Part shown: positions 59,654 to 64,000 of the stretch, piece after piece
Position numbering within the stretch: the stretch's first letter is position 1
Layout: every line of letters begins with the position of its first letter
NCBI GenBank assembly: GCA_039680575.1
Contig: JBDKSP010000071.1
Location: forward strand, 44,604-108,603
Reading direction: 5' to 3'
Source: Armatimonadota bacterium
GTDB taxonomy: Bacteria > Armatimonadota > UBA5829 > DTLH01
DNA length: 64,000 nt
The notes under the pieces: model-generated
Told to the model about the DNA's origin: nothing
The model's database searches: none
The model's input: the letters and a program-made list of their open reading frames with translations, nothing else
Translations under genes and position numbers: made by a program

Positions 59654-60469
59654 CTATCCCTTGCCCTGCGCTTTGGCGATGATTTTATCATACTGCTCGC
59701 AGTATTCAGGCTCCGGCAAATTGTGCAGCTCACCAATTATAAATTTACCTGCCATCTCCTCAGGACTCATCGCCGATGCTTCTTTTTTCGAAACTGCATG
59801 CTCGCGCTGCCATTTCATCATCTCGACTGCGTTTCCGATCTTGTTCATCCGTCCGAAGTAGATCGGGCACTGCGTAACGGCCTCGACCAGTGAGAAACCC
59901 TTGTTCTGGATGGCTTTTTCGATCAGGTTGGGCAGCACTTTAGCATGGTAAGCAGTCCCGCGGGCAACATACGTAGCGCCGGCAGACTCCACAAGCCTGC
60001 AGATGTCGAAAGGCCGCTCGATGTTGCCGTAAGGAGCTGTCGTAGCGATTGCCCCTGTAGGCGTGGCAGGAGAATACTGCCCGCTCGTCATGCCGTAGGT
60101 AGAGTTATTGAAAAGCACAACAGTCAGGTCTATGTTTCGCCGTGCCGCGTGGATCAGATGGTTTCCCCCGATTGCCGTCGCATCGCCGTCGCCGGTCACT
60201 ACTATGACTGTCATACCGGGCTTCGCAAGCTTTATGCCCGTAGCAAACGGCAGGGCTCGACCGTGGGTAGTGTGGAGAGTGTTGAAGTCCACATAACCCG
60301 GAGCGCGGCTCGAGCAGCCGATGCCCGAGACCATCATTACGTTGTCTCTTTCGAGTCCGAGTTTATCTATCGCTGTTAATATTGAGTTAAGTATTATTCC
60401 GTTGCCGCAGCCGGCGCACCAGATGTGCGGGAGCGTCTGCTTTCGGAGATACTGTTTGATGTCGCCCAA
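59654..60469 (-). CDS. korB: 2-oxoacid:ferredoxin oxidoreductase beta subunit
   Basis: WCAGCG, SGIGCS, HTTHGRA, GDGD..AIGGNH, YGMTSGQYSP. Confidence 0.93.
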   Translation of the reverse strand: MGDIKQYLRKQTLPHIWCAGCGNGIILNSILTAIDKLGLERDNVMMVSGIGCSSRAPGYVDFNTLHTTHGRALPFATGIKLAKPGMTVIVVTGDGDATAIGGNHLIHAARRNIDLTVVLFNNSTYGMTSGQYSPATPTGAIATTAPYGNIERPFDICRLVESAGATYVARGTAYHAKVLPNLIEKAIQNKGFSLVEAVTQCPIYFGRMNKIGNAVEMMKWQREHAVSKKEASAMSPEEMAGKFIIGELHNLPEPEYCEQYDKIIAKAQGKG

Positions 60470-61608
60470 TTATGCACCTCTTCGATCTTTGCGAGCACCT
60501 GGGCAGGTGTGAACATTTCCCATGTTACGAGTGATTGCCCTATGACCTCCGCCTGTCCGTGCGCCGCGCGCTCGACTTCGCGGACCATCATTCCCATGTT
60601 CATTTCCGGCACTATAAACGCATCCACCTGAGCCGCAACTTCGTGGATCAACTCGTCAGGGAATGGCCACAACGTTACAGGCTGGATCAACCCGGCCTTG
60701 ATTCCGCGTTCGCGCGCCCCCCTAACTGCTCTTAGTGCCGACCTGGAAGTGCAGCCATAAGCAAATACGGCGATTTCCGCGTCGTCCAGATAGTAGTTTC
60801 GAGTCTCTATGATCTCGTCTTTGTGGTCTTCGATCTTGCGATGAAGGCGCTCGATAAGCGCGGATATCTCGTTCGGCTTCTGCGTGGTAAACCCTGTCTC
60901 TCCGTGGGTAAGTCCGGTCACATGATAACGGTAGCCGTCGCCAAAGCTCGCCATCGGCGGAACATCCGTCTCGGGATCAGCTTTATAAGGAAAAAACTCC
61001 TCAGGTGAACAATTCGGTTTCTTTCTGTCAATAATCTCCAGCTTCCCAAGCGTTTCCAGGTCCACTTTCTCGCGCATATGGGCCACTACCTCATCGGACA
61101 GCATTATCACCGGGACTCTGAACCGCTCGGACAGGTTGAACGATTTTACTGTAAGCTCGTACATATCTTTTACCGACGAGCACGAGAGGACGATAATCGG
61201 GTGATCGCCGTGCGTGCCCCACCGTGCCTGCATAACATCGGCTTGCGCAGGAGATGTGGGAGACCCTGTGCTTGGTCCCGCTCTCATTACGTTCACAACA
61301 ACGCAAGGAATCTCCGTAAACGATGCATAACCTAAATTTTCCTGCTTCAGGGAAAAACCAGGACCGCTTGTGGCGGTCAACGCCTTTGTTCCGGTCAAAG
61401 ATGCTCCGCAGACAGCCGCCATAGCAGCTATCTCATCCTCCATCTGGATAAACTTTCCTCCGACTTGAGGAAGTCTTCGCGCGAGTATTTCCGCAATCTC
61501 ACTTGATGGAGTGATAGGGTATCCTGCGAAGAACCTGCACCCTGCTGCTATTGCTCCCTCGGCGCAGGCCTCGTTTCCCTGCATAAACTTGACTTTACTG
61601 TTCATCAT
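60394..61608 (-). CDS. korA: 2-oxoacid:ferredoxin oxidoreductase alpha subunit
   Basis: QGNEA, FAGYPITPSSE, QMEDE, TATSGPGFSLKQE, RAGPSTG, PEMNMG. Confidence 0.93.
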   Translation of the reverse strand: MMNSKVKFMQGNEACAEGAIAAGCRFFAGYPITPSSEIAEILARRLPQVGGKFIQMEDEIAAMAAVCGASLTGTKALTATSGPGFSLKQENLGYASFTEIPCVVVNVMRAGPSTGSPTSPAQADVMQARWGTHGDHPIIVLSCSSVKDMYELTVKSFNLSERFRVPVIMLSDEVVAHMREKVDLETLGKLEIIDRKKPNCSPEEFFPYKADPETDVPPMASFGDGYRYHVTGLTHGETGFTTQKPNEISALIERLHRKIEDHKDEIIETRNYYLDDAEIAVFAYGCTSRSALRAVRGARERGIKAGLIQPVTLWPFPDELIHEVAAQVDAFIVPEMNMGMMVREVERAAHGQAEVIGQSLVTWEMFTPAQVLAKIEEVHNWATSNSISESRRSRTSGAPAAATE

Positions 61609-61840
61609 TCTTTGCCTCGTTGGGGACAATCTCAATCGCAAAGTCCGGACAGTGGACTACACACAGCGTACAGTTAATACAAAGGCTGTCGTCAGTCACC
61701 GTGGCTTTCTGGTCCAGTCCCTCCGCGACCAGAATCCCCTTGGGACAAAACGACATGCATACACCGCAGCCTTTGCACCAGTCCTGGTTGATTACAACTC
61801 TGTACTTCGGCTTTGTTTCTTTCATGTTTGGTTCAGCCAT
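61595..61840 (-). CDS. korD: 2x[4Fe-4S] ferredoxin (delta subunit)
   Basis: CKGCGVC..FCP and CINCTLC..HCPDFAI. Confidence 0.9.
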   Translation of the reverse strand: MAEPNMKETKPKYRVVINQDWCKGCGVCMSFCPKGILVAEGLDQKATVTDDSLCINCTLCVVHCPDFAIEIVPNEAKNDEQ

Positions 61841-62398
61841 TTACTTTACCAATGCGAATACCGGCTTGAATTTCGGGTCTACTGTATCCCGAAGCAACTC
61901 GAGTATCGCCATCTCGGTCGAGGTTATCACAACCCCGGAATCCCTCATCTTTTCCATTCCCAATATATGATCACTCTCTTTTCGAGAGCTTACTGCATCC
62001 GCCGCCAGCTGGACTTTATAGCCCAGCGCCAGTAAATCATGAGCCGTCTGGTCCAAACAAACATGGGTCTCAATTCCGCACAGAAGGACCGTTCGCCGCC
62101 CCAGTTCCTCAAGCTTATCAACAAAAGGTTTTGCACCGCAGCAGCTGAAAGTAGTCTTGTTGATTCCCACCGGGTCCGGCAGCACTTCGGCCAGTTCAGG
62201 GACGATACCTCCCAGTTTCTCCCGGCGGTGGACCATCGTAACCACCGGTATGTTCAGCATCTTGGCAGCCTCCACCAGTTTTATTACGTTTGTAACGACT
62301 CGATCCTTCTCACAAACAACATTCGCACATGACTCTTGAACATCTACGACTACGAGCGCCGTTTCGTTCCGATCCAACACATTCGGATGCATATTCAT
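61841..62398 (-). CDS. Isochorismatase-family cysteine hydrolase
   Basis: LVVVDVQ, KTTFSC, GIETHVCL.QT, DAVSSR. Confidence 0.9.
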   Translation of the reverse strand: MNMHPNVLDRNETALVVVDVQESCANVVCEKDRVVTNVIKLVEAAKMLNIPVVTMVHRREKLGGIVPELAEVLPDPVGINKTTFSCCGAKPFVDKLEELGRRTVLLCGIETHVCLDQTAHDLLALGYKVQLAADAVSSRKESDHILGMEKMRDSGVVITSTEMAILELLRDTVDPKFKPVFALVK

Positions 62399-62952
62399 AC
62401 CATTTCTTAAGCAACTGCTCATATAAACTACCGCGCCGGATCACTCCTACGCACAGCAGGCCGACGCGGTTCGGGCACACCGCACTATTATCCTATCTCA
62501 TCTTATATTACCATCGTTTTCAGCCTTAATGCAACGCGATTGAGGACGAAAACCAGCCTGCTTAAGCAGGAATGCCGAGGATTTACCGTTTTATCCAAAC
62601 TATAACAGTATATCCATCAACTTTTAAATACTTGGACTCATCTATACATTGACTAACCTGCTGCTAAGTGCCATCAATATAAGTGTCCTTAATGAGTTTC
62701 AGGTGATTCGGTATACGATTGGTTGTTAAGGGAATAGCGAAAATCTATAAATACTTGTATACAGCAACAGGTCTGCGCAAGAGTTTAATCCTCTATAGCT
62801 GATACCTGTACCTACAGGATGACTATCTGTACATACTACGTATGCATTATTAGCATACTCCAAGAACGGGATTAACCGCCATAGTATAGGCATTCGCAGG
62901 TATGGTGGTTATTCAGCCCAACGTACTGCTGCATTCAAAGGAAGGATTGTAA

Positions 62953-63642
62953 GTGGGAAACGCAAAAACTGTTGGAGAACCTTCAGGAGAGAAAAAGAAG
63001 GTTATGTTGGTGGATAGTGAAACAATTGTCCGCGAGGTACTGGCCAAGCAATTATTGGAAGATACCAATCTGTGCGTTGTCAGCTCTGTAGGCAGCATAA
63101 GCGAGGCTAATGCTGCTTTGATGGAAGTAACCCCCGATATTATATTACTGGAAGTGAAACTGCCCGATGGATCAGGAATCAGTTGGGTCAGGGACCTCAA
63201 AATGAGCCACCGCAAGGCAAAAATCATATTCATTACCTCGGATATGAGCGAAAGAACAGCCCTTATGGCAATAGGAATGGGTGCCGACGGATATTTTCTC
63301 AAGCATAGTTCACTGAAGCAGCTGCTCGATACCATATCCATAGTCGCCTCAGGCCATTACGCATATGATCCCTCGGTAGTTGCTCCTGTCGTGCAAAAAT
63401 TCGCCAGGATTTACTGCAACGACCTGGTATCTGAAAATACGCCTGAGATGGGTTTGCTGTCCGACAGGGAAAAAGAGATCGCAACCCTCGCATCACAGGG
63501 ACTGACCAACGAACAAATCGCCGAGCTGACATTTGTAACGGTGAGTACTGTAAAAACCCATCTCCGCAGAATATATAAGCGATTGGGCATCTCATCGCGG
63601 AGGCAGTTGATCCAGAATCAAATGCTGTCTGACCATGCTTAA
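62953..63642 (+). CDS. NarL/LuxR-family response regulator with atypical receiver
   Basis: REC fold (GADGYFLK) and LSDREKEI...GLTNEQIA..TVKTHL. The phospho-site reads LLE. Confidence 0.9.
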   Translation: MGNAKTVGEPSGEKKKVMLVDSETIVREVLAKQLLEDTNLCVVSSVGSISEANAALMEVTPDIILLEVKLPDGSGISWVRDLKMSHRKAKIIFITSDMSERTALMAIGMGADGYFLKHSSLKQLLDTISIVASGHYAYDPSVVAPVVQKFARIYCNDLVSENTPEMGLLSDREKEIATLASQGLTNEQIAELTFVTVSTVKTHLRRIYKRLGISSRRQLIQNQMLSDHA

Positions 63643-63681
63643 CTGAGAATTTGCATTACTTTGAGTTCATCATCTCTTGAT

Positions 63682-63720
63682 ACTTAACCGGCTCCAGGTT
63701 ACTTTCGGAGCCGGTTAAGT
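63682..63720. terminator. Perfect 14-bp inverted repeat after the LuxR gene
   Basis: ACTTAACCGGCTCC / GGAGCCGGTTAAGT. Confidence 0.6.
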
Positions 63721-64000
63721 CTGTACCAGGGTTAACCTTTTCCGCGCTTGTATCACCTTACATCACCTTCAAGGTGAAATATTATCACCCATACCACTTC
63801 TAAATCCTCTCTGGTGAGTAGCCCAAAATCAGTGAAGTAACCCTCAACGGATGACCGATAAAAGTTCATTCTCTGGGAACGACCAGACAAACACCTGATT
63901 CAGCCATGATTATCTTGCAGCACCGAAAAAGGTCGCAAAGATGATCCGGTGCAAATATCGTTAAGGCGTGTTCACTGAAAGACTTTCGGCTGCTACATCA

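Noticed and set aside
60394..60469. 76-nt korA/korB overlap as programmed recoding
   Set aside because: korB has its own RBS (GAGGTG) and TTG start. The korA tail looks like simple stop-codon loss and no slippery site is evident.
63915..64000. c-di-GMP-I riboswitch-like words (CCGAAAAAGG..CGCAAAG)
   Set aside because: The GGCAAA lead-in, the GNRA-capped P2 and the tetraloop receptor could not be built, and the region is cut by the window edge.

Overview
Chromosomal window (~55% GC by eye) from a bacterium. The best guess is an anaerobic Armatimonadota-like lineage; this is inference from gene content and is unverified. The housekeeping backbone is hisD-hisB, uvrA, uvrC, gap-pgk-tpiA, glmU(short)-prs-pth, rnj, purA, tkt and korDABC-sucCD. 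There is also a carbohydrate/redox block (GH2, GH20, unknown GH-like protein, CPA2 antiporter, FAD/Fe-S oxidoreductase) and a 1.46-kaa secreted S55-peptidase/beta-propeller fusion. No rRNA, tRNA, CRISPR array, integrase or prophage was seen. The most unusual signals are: (1) a ~97-nt rod-shaped putative sRNA (6897-6993) behind a perfect SigB-type promoter, converging on a nucleotidyltransferase + TIM-barrel operon that has its own SigB-type promoter; (2) a REP-associated tyrosine transposase flanked by GTAG REPs, with intergenic spacers built as mosaics of several recurring palindromic modules; (3) heptamer arrays that start exactly at TAG stop codons of housekeeping genes, often followed by single AT-richer inserted genes that split the gap-pgk-tpi and kor-suc operons; (4) a GlmU lacking its acetyltransferase half; and (5) two response regulators lacking the phospho-acceptor Asp.
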